Positions 1 through 8,019 of a stretch of DNA of 64,000 nt are shown here, one piece after another. This DNA is from Thermoplasmata archaeon (GTDB lineage Archaea; Thermoplasmatota; Thermoplasmata; Lutacidiplasmatales; UBA184): the NCBI GenBank assembly GCA_021796385.1, contig JAJYXQ010000043.1, positions 2,202 to 66,201 on the forward strand. Direction: 5' to 3'. Every line of letters starts with the position of its first letter. Positions within the stretch are counted from its first letter, which is position 1. The notes under the pieces were generated by a model, which was not told the DNA's origin, ran no database searches, and saw only the letters and a list, made by a program, of their open reading frames with translations. Made by a program: the position numbers and the translations under genes.

Positions 1-880
1 TCAAGGACGGAGGGAATCTGCTCGACCTTTGGCCCGGTGCACTACTCTCGTACAGATTTCTCGGTCCCGAACCTCAACCACGCCAAGGTTTTGAGATAGC
101 CCATCGCTTCTGAGAGGCTCCACTCGGCGTTCTTCCGAGTTCGACGTGAAAAGGTAATTTCACCCCGGGAATCACATGGGCCAAACCAAGCATTCCAAGT
201 GAGAGATCACGAGAATGCCGTGCCCAGGCTGAAACCTCAATAGACCATTGCTTACGAGTTCATAATATTGCACTTGCGAACACCGGCGATGCGCGCGTCG
301 TTTTCAGGCCTATGCCGCTCAGGGCGGAGAACGATCCATCACGTCGAACTCAGGTGATCCGCTTCCCCCGCCCTCTCGCTCCGCTCGACCGGCCCCCGTG
401 TGGGGGCCTGGGCAACTTTCCAAAGCGGTGCCCCCCACTCGGGGGTGCGGGTCGTCCGGCTCGGGGTGCGCTCTCTCCTTTCCGGGTCCGTTTTCCGACA
501 TAGGGGCTTTGCGCCTCACCCCCTTCATCAAGCCTCTCCCTCGACCGCCCGGGCACCGCTCCCCTCCAGTCTCGTAAAGGGGGCTGGTCCCGCTTTGCGG
601 ATACCGCCCCCATATCGGCCTGTCGGGGGGCGGGGCGGCCTCGGGACGCCGGAGGCATGATGGGGGGCCGCGGTTCGGGGGCCCCCCACCGCTTCGCCGG
701 TGCCCCCTGTCCCACCGCTTACGGCTGTGACCCGTTCACTATGTCGGAAAACGTAGTAAGCCAAGGAGAGAGCGCCTGTATCGCCGAACGACCCAGTGTC
801 CTCGTGGGGTGCCACGGGGTGTCTTTCGAAGGCCGAGACCGTGTCGTGACCTCCCCGCCCTCGGCAACCGGGGTGAGCGC

Positions 881-1387
881 ATGAGCAGCTACGCCCGCAG
901 TGCCGGGACGTGTGCCCTGTGCCAGACCCCGTTCCACGTGGGGGAGGAGATCGCCTTCGTAAACCGGGAGGGGAAGAACCGCCCGGTATGCGCCAACGGC
1001 CAGACGTCTGAGCAGCTGCGGGGTAAGCGCGTGTCGGAGACGCCGATCCAGACGAACGAGACGAAGCCCGCACCGTCCCCGGCACCCGTCCCGCCCGCAC
1101 CGACGAGCCCGCCCGCGCCGACCAAGGACCCGGCTCCGACCGTGGCCGTGTCCATCGTGAGGACCGGGGAGGAACGCGCTTGGTCCCTCCTACAGGTGAC
1201 CTACAACCTGGGGAGTTTCGAGAGCGTGAAGGCCGGGGTGGCCGACTACGCGAAGGACGGGGAGGACGCGCAGGCCCTCGCGCAGAGGGTGGCGGCGCTC
1301 GTCTACAGTGAGCTGGAGGCCCAGGTACAGGCGCTACGGAACCTGCACACGCGGGTCGAGGCCAACGCCGGGGAGGTGAGCGCATGA
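881..1387 (+). CDS. hypothetical zinc-ribbon protein (CxxC...C) with a Pro-rich linker
   Basis: ATG at 881 preceded by GGGGTGAG; the N-terminus has Cys pairs (CALCQT...PVCANG); a PAPSPAPVPPAPTSPPAPT linker; its stop overlaps the next start (ATGA at 1384). Confidence 0.4.
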   Translation: MSSYARSAGTCALCQTPFHVGEEIAFVNREGKNRPVCANGQTSEQLRGKRVSETPIQTNETKPAPSPAPVPPAPTSPPAPTKDPAPTVAVSIVRTGEERAWSLLQVTYNLGSFESVKAGVADYAKDGEDAQALAQRVAALVYSELEAQVQALRNLHTRVEANAGEVSA

Positions 1388-2238
1388 GCGCCTCCCTGGT
1401 CCTCCGTTCCCCGGAGGAGGTCCCGCTCTACGAGCTGGTGCCGGTCTTCGGGCCGGACGGGAAGGAGCTGGGCGCGTACCGGGGCGTCCGCGACACCGTG
1501 TCGGGTGGCGTGGTCTCCGTCGTCTCGGACCGCTACGGTCTGGTGCAGCACCGCGCGATAGCGGAGGCGGTGCACCAGGTGGGCGCGTCCCTAGGCCGAC
1601 CCGACCCCGAGGCCTTCGGGGCCCGGGCCGCGGCCTTCACCCCCGAGAGCATCACGCTCTACCAGGGCGGGCGGAGGATGGAGGTCAAGCTTGTGGTCGG
1701 CCAGAAGTTCAGCCTCGGGGAGGGGGAGACCTTCTTCCCCGGGCTCCGCATCCTGAACAGCCTGGATGGGGCGTGGGCGGTGCGCATGGAGGCCTTCGCC
1801 GTGCGAGCCTGCTGCACGAACCAACTCTACGCCGGGGCCCGGAGCTTCCTTGAGTTCCGCGAGCTCCACCTGTCGGACCCGGAGGACCTCCTCGCCCAGC
1901 TGGAGCGGGGCATCCACGAGGCTCTGGATCACTTCTCTGGGGCGCTCGACCTCTACGGGGAGAGCATGCGGGAGCGCATGGACATCGTGGACGTGGTGCC
2001 CGCCTTGGAGAGCGCAGGGATCCCGCGGAGGCACGCGCGGGCCATCGGGGAGAAGTTGCCGGAGTACTTCGGCTCGACGCTCTGGGGGCAGGCGAGCCGA
2101 TGGGAGGCATACAACCTCGCGACCGACGTTTTGACGCACGAGGTGCACGTGGCGCCGGACCGGGAACGCGCCTTCGAGCGCATGGCCGCCCGGGCGCTCC
2201 TCCTGTCGGAGGAAGAGGGGGTGATGGCGACCCCCTGA
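1384..2238 (+). CDS. DUF932-like (phage/plasmid-like, TIGR03299-type) protein
   Basis: The core LRILNSLDGAWAV...FAVRACCTNQLY matches the DUF932 signature NSHDGSSA...R.VCSNG; translationally coupled to the upstream zinc-ribbon gene. Confidence 0.45.
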   Translation: MSASLVLRSPEEVPLYELVPVFGPDGKELGAYRGVRDTVSGGVVSVVSDRYGLVQHRAIAEAVHQVGASLGRPDPEAFGARAAAFTPESITLYQGGRRMEVKLVVGQKFSLGEGETFFPGLRILNSLDGAWAVRMEAFAVRACCTNQLYAGARSFLEFRELHLSDPEDLLAQLERGIHEALDHFSGALDLYGESMRERMDIVDVVPALESAGIPRRHARAIGEKLPEYFGSTLWGQASRWEAYNLATDVLTHEVHVAPDRERAFERMAARALLLSEEEGVMATP

Positions 2239-2251
2239 GCCGGGGACAGGC

Positions 2252-2269
2252 CGGGGAGGCCCCGTTCTT
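2252..2269. terminator. GC hairpin (cGGGG-agg-CCCCg) followed by a T-rich run between convergent genes
   Basis: A 5-bp stem with a 3-nt loop at 2252-2264 followed by TTCTT, lying between the DUF932 stop (2238) and the end of the TIR-like gene (2274). Confidence 0.25.
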
Positions 2270-2273
2270 GGTG

Positions 2274-3239
2274 TTACTTCTCTGTATTCGTCAGCTCTTT
2301 CCATTCTGACTTTTCTGGGCTGTCAGGAAGGGTCTCAAATCGTAGTCTGAATTCCTCCCACTTTTCCGGATATGCGTATTTTAACATCAGATAAATCGAC
2401 TTGCGGATTGTGCGTAGCGAAGCTTCCTTGGTTGTAGCCAGTTCCAAAATGAGCGGGTGCTGGGGGGGTAATGGAGGATGGGGTTTGTCGTCTAAATGCC
2501 AACTCTTGTCCCCCCTTTCCACTTCGATTCGGTCGACCAAGGACCTGACTGATTCGGCCGCTCCATAAGCATCTGACACGGCTTGTTGTAACTGGTCAGT
2601 CAGTGTGTACAGACGACCCGAGGCTCTCGCGGTGAGGTAAGCAAGATCCAGATAGAACACGTTAGACTCCTGACTAACAGCTTGTAGTCTCTGATAGATC
2701 GTAAGAATCTCGACGAAAAGGGCCCTTAACGTGGCAATGTCATCTACAGATTCAGGAGGGGGAGAGAGACGATTTTTCAGTTCTGTGAGATACCTCACTG
2801 CAGTAGGCGCAGCTGCGCTAAGATCTTCGCGCGCAAAGCGTTCATATTTCGCTACGTGCGGGTCCAACCCCTCCACTTTCACTCCCTTCTCAACAAAGAC
2901 GGTCATGGGCTTGTTCATCGAGTACGCAAGCGCTATCTCCTGTTCAACCCAAGTTGGGGGTCGCCATTCGGCTGAACCCTCAATCTTGTCTCTTCGAGTG
3001 AGGAGGGCAATGAATCCATCACTGTCGCGTATAAGTGACTTGACCGTCTCTGCAAGGGGCGATACCGATGGCTCCTCTCCGGTGATGACTTCCAGCTCGA
3101 CTGCCTCGGCGATCTTTCTGAACCACTCGAAAACTGTTTTGTCTTCTTGGGAGAAACTCCCGCTAAGGAAACACTTTGGGAATCGGGGATACGGCAAGCT
3201 TGTCACCTCCGTTACGCTGTAGTGCGGAATGCTTTCCAC
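2274..3239 (-). CDS. TIR-like domain protein (N-terminal TIR_2-like fold plus a C-terminal helical domain of unknown function)
   Basis: The N-terminus KCFLSGSFSQEDKTVFEWFRKIAEAVELEVITGEE...DGFIALLTRRDKIEGSAEWRPPTWVEQEIALA follows the prokaryotic TIR pattern (FiSYs.eD...f...L...g..v......S.W...E). The gene is ~50 % GC against ~65 % flanks. Confidence 0.45.
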   Translation of the reverse strand: MESIPHYSVTEVTSLPYPRFPKCFLSGSFSQEDKTVFEWFRKIAEAVELEVITGEEPSVSPLAETVKSLIRDSDGFIALLTRRDKIEGSAEWRPPTWVEQEIALAYSMNKPMTVFVEKGVKVEGLDPHVAKYERFAREDLSAAAPTAVRYLTELKNRLSPPPESVDDIATLRALFVEILTIYQRLQAVSQESNVFYLDLAYLTARASGRLYTLTDQLQQAVSDAYGAAESVRSLVDRIEVERGDKSWHLDDKPHPPLPPQHPLILELATTKEASLRTIRKSIYLMLKYAYPEKWEEFRLRFETLPDSPEKSEWKELTNTEK

Positions 3240-3342
3240 ACCTTCTTGTCAGAGTTTTTCATGAGAACGTGTAAGCCTTCCAGTTCTTCAAGAGTTCCGC
3301 TCCTCTCTTTGATTTCCCCCGGCCCCCTCCCTATACTTTTCT

Positions 3343-3393
3343 GTCGGTGGCAGGCCCCGTCCGTCTCGCAGCCTTGCGCCCCGGAGGGTGCAG
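3343..3393 (+). repeat. copy A of an imperfect ~50-75-nt GC-rich direct repeat flanking the NUDIX gene
   Basis: gtcggtggcaggccccgtccgtctcgcagccttgcgccccggagggtgcagg aligns to 3934-4011; the second copy carries a ~24-nt insertion. Confidence 0.4.
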
Positions 3394-3466
3394 GACGAGC
3401 AGTGGCCACCCGAATAATGTGCTCACCCCTAATCCTAAAGAGCCGGTGGGAATATAGGCCATCTCC

Positions 3467-3895
3467 ATGCCCGCGAATCTGAAGGCCGAGGTCTGCGTTG
3501 GGGCAGCGATCGTGCGCCGCGGCAGGCTACTCCTACTGCGCCGCAGTTCGGAGGGTGCCTTTCCCGGGGTCTGGGAGATACCTGGAGGCCATGTAGAGAC
3601 TGGGGAGTCGCTGGAGGTCGCACTCCGCCGCGAGGTGCGGGAGGAGACGGGTCTCACAGTCAGGGTGGAGCAACCGTTCCATGTTTGGAGCTATGCCTAC
3701 CCATCGGGCCATCAAGGAACCGTGCCGACGGTCGAGATTGATTTCCACTGTTCCCTGAGGGCATTGAGGGCACCGCGAGTGAACCCGAAAGAGCACGTCG
3801 AGTTCGCGTGGGTACGGCGGAGCGAACTCTCGCAGTATCCCACGGACCCACGTCTCGACGCACTCCATCGAAGAGCGTTCGAAACGCGGCACTGA
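3467..3895 (+). CDS. NUDIX hydrolase
   Basis: Canonical Nudix box GGHVETGESLEVALRREVREETGL; 142 aa. Confidence 0.85.
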   Translation: MPANLKAEVCVGAAIVRRGRLLLLRRSSEGAFPGVWEIPGGHVETGESLEVALRREVREETGLTVRVEQPFHVWSYAYPSGHQGTVPTVEIDFHCSLRALRAPRVNPKEHVEFAWVRRSELSQYPTDPRLDALHRRAFETRH

Positions 3896-3933
3896 CGCAC
3901 CGGCCCGCAACCTTCCCTCCCGACACCCTCCCG

Positions 3934-4011
3934 GTCGGTGGCCAGGCCCGCACGCCGCTGCTCCGCCCGGGCCCCGTTCGTCACGCCGCCTTGCGCCCTG
4001 CCGGGCGCAGG
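3934..4011 (+). repeat. copy B of the direct repeat flanking the NUDIX gene
   Basis: gtcggtggccaggcccg...ggccccgttcgtcacgccgccttgcgccctgccgggcgcagg shares three collinear blocks with 3343-3393. Confidence 0.4.
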
Positions 4012-4133
4012 CATGATGGGTCGCTCGCGGAGGCTCGCTCTCACATCGAGCCGCGGTGGCAGGGAGAGAGGGTAGAGGCCGTATCCACCAATCGTCGTGA
4101 CGTTGAAGGAGGCAGCCAACGTTTAATCCTCAG

Positions 4134-4319
4134 ATGCGATTGGTTGTTGCGAGGCAAGAGATGGGATATCCGAAACCGACTCCAGCCCTGAAGGGGAAGG
4201 AAGCCAAGGAGTTCCTCAAGAAGCTGGAGACATTCAAGCTCAGTGACGACCAGCGCGGGCGCTGGAAGGGCTCTCGCGAGGTTTACCGGACTCTTCACCC
4301 TCGCACCAAGGGCGACTGA
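4134..4319 (+). CDS. small ORF upstream of the GNAT toxin; putative cognate antitoxin (not a recognisable DUF1778)
   Basis: 61 aa; the same reading frame as the toxin, separated from it only by TGA plus four codons; a weak resemblance (FKLSDDQRGRWKG) to the RHH strand of AtaR/TacA. Confidence 0.3.
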   Translation: MRLVVARQEMGYPKPTPALKGKEAKEFLKKLETFKLSDDQRGRWKGSREVYRTLHPRTKGD

Positions 4320-4331
4320 GGACTTCTCGGC

Positions 4332-4931
4332 ATGGGGCCCTCCGGTTCCCGAGGGCCGAGCGAGGAGGGGGAGCCCCCCATCCCTTTCAGTTCTCTCAGG
4401 ATTGAACCATTCCGGCCAACGCGGGACGTGGAGTCCTTTGATTGCGACGACCGTGACCTGAACGAGTTCCTCACCAAAGACCAGGTTTCACGCTATGAGG
4501 CCGAGGGTCTGGGGTACACCTACCTTGTGTACCTCCAGAGTGAGGGTCGGCTCATCGCTTACTTCACCGTGTGCACTGACACACTCCGCGTCGAGTATCT
4601 CAGGACTGTCAAGACGTTCAAGCCGTTGTCGGGCATCCAGTTGGAGAGCATCCCTAGCGTCAAGATCGGACGCTTGGCCGTGGACAAGCGGTACTGGGGT
4701 CGGGACATAGGGACGCACCTACTCCACTACATTGCAGGGATGGTCATGGAGACCGGCATTGCTGCCCGCCTACTCACCCTCCAAGCCACTTCCCGTTCCG
4801 TGGGTTTCTATCAACGGATGGGGTTCGAACTTACAACAGAGACAAGGCGCGAGCGAAGGAGAGACAACCGAACCATGTTCTTCGATCTGTGGAGCCACCC
4901 TGAGCACGGGCACGCTCTCCCGCGGGAGTAA
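4332..4931 (+). CDS. GNAT-family acetyltransferase toxin of the AtaT/TacT type (aminoacyl-tRNA acetyltransferase)
   Basis: SFDCDDRDLNEFLTKDQVSRY...GYTYLV and IPSVKIGRLAVDKRYWGRDIGTHLLHYIAGM closely parallel the AtaT blocks RFDCGEEALNLFLTTHLVRQH and IPSVTLGRLAIDRSLQGQGWGATLVAHAM. The true start may lie ~15-20 codons downstream of 4332. Confidence 0.75.
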   Translation: MGPSGSRGPSEEGEPPIPFSSLRIEPFRPTRDVESFDCDDRDLNEFLTKDQVSRYEAEGLGYTYLVYLQSEGRLIAYFTVCTDTLRVEYLRTVKTFKPLSGIQLESIPSVKIGRLAVDKRYWGRDIGTHLLHYIAGMVMETGIAARLLTLQATSRSVGFYQRMGFELTTETRRERRRDNRTMFFDLWSHPEHGHALPRE

Positions 4932-4935
4932 GTAG

Positions 4936-5202
4936 ATGACCGGAGCGGATGCGGAGTTCGAGACGCTTCTCAGGGATGCCCTTGGGTGGCCCGGAGTCAA
5001 GGAGATCATGGAGATTTGCGACCAGTGCGAGGAGCTCGTTTGCCAGACAATGATTGCCGCAAGGCTTTCGCTCCCCGACTCGCTGTGTGGACGAGCGACC
5101 GCACAGATTGGTGCGAGGGCAAGGTCGAGATTCGAGCGCCGGTGTAGAGGCACGACCCGCGTGGGCGGGCTGGTTTCTTATGCGCCCGTTCCTTCGGGAT
5201 AG
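4936..5202 (+). CDS. hypothetical small protein (CxxC...C)
   Basis: 88-aa ORF packed between the toxin gene and hsdR; contains CDQCEELVCQ; no recognisable family. Confidence 0.2.
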   Translation: MTGADAEFETLLRDALGWPGVKEIMEICDQCEELVCQTMIAARLSLPDSLCGRATAQIGARARSRFERRCRGTTRVGGLVSYAPVPSG

Positions 5203-5208
5203 CACGGA

Positions 5209-8019
5209 GTGGCATCGAGCTTGACACCGGAAGAGGAAGCCCGCAAGCAGATCGACAAGATGCTTATCGGCTCCGGATGGAAGGTTCAGACCGTCTCAGA
5301 GACGAATCTTCATGCGGGACCGGGGGTGGCCATCCGGGAGTTCCCGTTGAAGTCCGGGCACGGCTTCGCCGATTACCTGCTCTACGTCGACGGCCGGGCG
5401 GTCGGGGTCATCGAGGCCAAGCCGGAAGGGAGCACCCTCACGGGGGTCGAGGTCCAGACCGGGAAGTACTCGACCGGTCTCCCAGACGAGGTCCCGGCGC
5501 CGGTGCGCCCGCTCCCGTTCCTCTACCAGAGCACCGGGGTGGAGACCCGTTTCACGAACCTCCTCGATCCGGAGGCGCGAAGCCGTCGGGTCTATTCCTT
5601 CCACCGCCCCGAGACGTTCCGGGAGTGGCTCACCGCGGGCCGTTTGCCCGGGTCGGACCGCCCTTCCGCGCTCCGGGGACGGGTCCGTCACATGCCCCCG
5701 CTCGTCACCACTGGATTGTGGCCGGCCCAGACCCGGGCGGTCGAGAACCTCGAAAAGTCGCTGGCTGAGGACCGCCCCCGATCCCTGATCCAGATGGCCA
5801 CTGGGAGCGGCAAGACCTTCACCGCCATTACGGCAGCCTACCGCCTCGTGAAGTTCGCGGACGCAAGGCGCGTCCTCTTCCTCGTGGACCGGGCCAACCT
5901 CGGTCGGCAGGCGCTGAAGGAGTTCCAGCAGTACGTCACCCCCGACGATGGCCGGAAGTTCACCGAGCTTTACAATGTGCAGCTCCTCACGTCCAACAAG
6001 ATCGACCCCGTCGCTCGGGTGGTCATCACCACGATCCAGCGGCTCTACTCCATTCTCCGGGGAGACCCGGAGCTCGACCCTGCCCTGGAGGAAGGCTCTC
6101 AGTTCAGCACGGGAGCGGGGCTCCTGAATGAGCCCGTGCCCATCCAGTACAACCCGAACGTCCCGCCCGAACTCTTCGATGTCGTCTTCATTGACGAGTG
6201 TCACCGATCCATCTACACGCTCTGGCGCCAGGTCCTCGAATATTACGATGCCTTCCTTATCGGGCTCACGGCGACTCCCGGCAAGCAGACCTTCGGGTTC
6301 TTCAACCAGAACCTCGTCATGGAATACAACCACGAGCAAGCGGTCGCTGACGGCGTGAACGTGGATTTTGACGTCTACCGCATCCTCACCGAGATCACCA
6401 AGAAGGGTAGCATCATCCAGGCGGGCTTGTGGGTCGACAAGCGCAACCGGGAGACCCGGGCGGTCACCCTCCAGCGTCTCGACGAACCCCTTACCTACGG
6501 TGCCGACAGCTTGGACCGGGATGTTGTCGCCAAGGACCAGATCCGTCGGGTGGTCCGCACATTCAAGGAGCGGCTCCCCACCGAGATATTCCCGGGGCGC
6601 GCCGAGGTCCCGAAGACCCTCATCTATGCCAAGGACGACTCCCACGCCGAGGACATCGTCGAGATCGTCCGGGAGGAGTTCGGCAAGGGAAACGAGTTCT
6701 GCCAGAAGATCACGTACAAGACCACGGGTGCCAAGCCCGAGGACCTCATCCAGGCCTTCCGGAACAGCTTCAATCCGCGTATCGCCGTGACCGTGGACAT
6801 GATCGCCACGGGGACGGACATCCGACCCCTTGAGATCGTGATGTTCCTGCGTGCGGTGAAATCCCGCACCTTCTTCGAGCAGATGAAGGGGCGCGGGGTC
6901 CGCGTCATCAGCCCCTCCGACCTCCGGGCGGTCTCCGGAGAAGATGCCACCGTGAAAGACCGCTTTGTCATCGTGGATTGTGTCGGGGCCTGCGAGAGCG
7001 AGCTCAGCGACACGTTCTCGCTGGACCGTGAGCCCACGGCAAGCCTTGAGAAGGTCCTCAAACAGGTCGGGTTCGGGGCGGCAGGGGAGACCCTTGCGGG
7101 TACCCTCGCAGGTAAGCTCTCCCGCCTCGACCGGAGGCTGTCGGAGGAGCAGAGGGGAGCTATCCGAGAGGCGAGCGGGGGTCCCAGCCTCAAGGAGATC
7201 ACGGGCGGCATCGTGAAGGCCCTGGACCCGGACTCCCACATTGAGGCGGCCCGGGCGAAGCTGAAGCTTCCCGCCGGGACCACGCCGCCGCCCGAGGCCG
7301 TGAAGGAAGCGAAGGAGGAGCTCTTACGGGTAGCGCTCACGCCACTGGCCGCGAACCCTGCCCTCCGGGAAAAGATACTTGAGGTCAAGAAGCGGGCCGA
7401 GCAGGTCATCGACAATGTGAGTCAGGACCATCTCATCGAGGCCGGCTTCTCGGCCGATGCGAAGGCACGCGCAAAGACCGTTGTCAAGGACTTCGAAGAG
7501 TTCATCCGGGAGCACAAGGACGAGATCACCGCCCTCCAGGTCCTCTACGCGAAGCCCCACGCGAAGCGCCTCACCTTCGAGGATGTGAAGGCCCTCGCCG
7601 ATGCGATCGGCGCACCGCCGCGGCAGTGGACGCCGGAGGTGCTCTGGCGGGCCTACGAAACGCTGGAGAGGGACAAGGTGAAAGGCGCAAGCCAGAGGCG
7701 GCTCCTGACGGACATCGTGAGCCTCGTGCGGTTCGCCCTGAAGCAGGAGGAAGTCCTGGAGCCGTTCCCGGAGCATGTCAAGGAACGGTTCGAGGACTGG
7801 ATCAGGGGGCAGGAGGGGGGGGGACGGAAGTTCACGCCGGAGCAACGGGAGTGGCTGGAGCTGATGCGGGACCACATAGCGGGTAGCCTCGCGATTGACG
7901 CCGAAGCGTTCGAGTACGCGCCCTTCAGTCAGAAGGGAGGGCTCGGGAGGGCGAGTGTGGTGTTCGGGAAGGACCTCACGAAGGTCATCACGGAACTGAA
8001 CGAGGTGCTGGCAGAGTGA
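5209..8019 (+). CDS. hsdR: type I restriction enzyme R subunit
   Basis: N-terminal PD-(D/E)xK nuclease (GFADYLLYVDGRAVGVIEAKPEG); helicase motif I MATGSGKTFTA; DEAD-box FIDECHRS; 936 aa. Confidence 0.9.
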   Translation: MASSLTPEEEARKQIDKMLIGSGWKVQTVSETNLHAGPGVAIREFPLKSGHGFADYLLYVDGRAVGVIEAKPEGSTLTGVEVQTGKYSTGLPDEVPAPVRPLPFLYQSTGVETRFTNLLDPEARSRRVYSFHRPETFREWLTAGRLPGSDRPSALRGRVRHMPPLVTTGLWPAQTRAVENLEKSLAEDRPRSLIQMATGSGKTFTAITAAYRLVKFADARRVLFLVDRANLGRQALKEFQQYVTPDDGRKFTELYNVQLLTSNKIDPVARVVITTIQRLYSILRGDPELDPALEEGSQFSTGAGLLNEPVPIQYNPNVPPELFDVVFIDECHRSIYTLWRQVLEYYDAFLIGLTATPGKQTFGFFNQNLVMEYNHEQAVADGVNVDFDVYRILTEITKKGSIIQAGLWVDKRNRETRAVTLQRLDEPLTYGADSLDRDVVAKDQIRRVVRTFKERLPTEIFPGRAEVPKTLIYAKDDSHAEDIVEIVREEFGKGNEFCQKITYKTTGAKPEDLIQAFRNSFNPRIAVTVDMIATGTDIRPLEIVMFLRAVKSRTFFEQMKGRGVRVISPSDLRAVSGEDATVKDRFVIVDCVGACESELSDTFSLDREPTASLEKVLKQVGFGAAGETLAGTLAGKLSRLDRRLSEEQRGAIREASGGPSLKEITGGIVKALDPDSHIEAARAKLKLPAGTTPPPEAVKEAKEELLRVALTPLAANPALREKILEVKKRAEQVIDNVSQDHLIEAGFSADAKARAKTVVKDFEEFIREHKDEITALQVLYAKPHAKRLTFEDVKALADAIGAPPRQWTPEVLWRAYETLERDKVKGASQRRLLTDIVSLVRFALKQEEVLEPFPEHVKERFEDWIRGQEGGGRKFTPEQREWLELMRDHIAGSLAIDAEAFEYAPFSQKGGLGRASVVFGKDLTKVITELNEVLAE

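Noticed and set aside
528-1385. 285-aa minus-strand ORF
   Set aside because: Pro/Arg/Gly-rich low-complexity product lying antisense to the zinc-ribbon gene and GC-rich spacer; a typical spurious high-GC ORF.
5296-7239. 647-aa minus-strand ORF
   Set aside because: Entirely antisense to hsdR, whose product has all diagnostic motifs; the antisense product has no domain signature.
7815-7823. G9 homopolymer inside hsdR (encodes GGG in ...GQEGGGRKF...) as a phase-variation switch
   Set aside because: G8 or G9 runs also occur inside housekeeping genes here (alaS 48022-48029; the IDH gene 44733-44740), so long G/C runs look like a compositional habit of this genome rather than a contingency locus. 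It could still be checked in read pileups.
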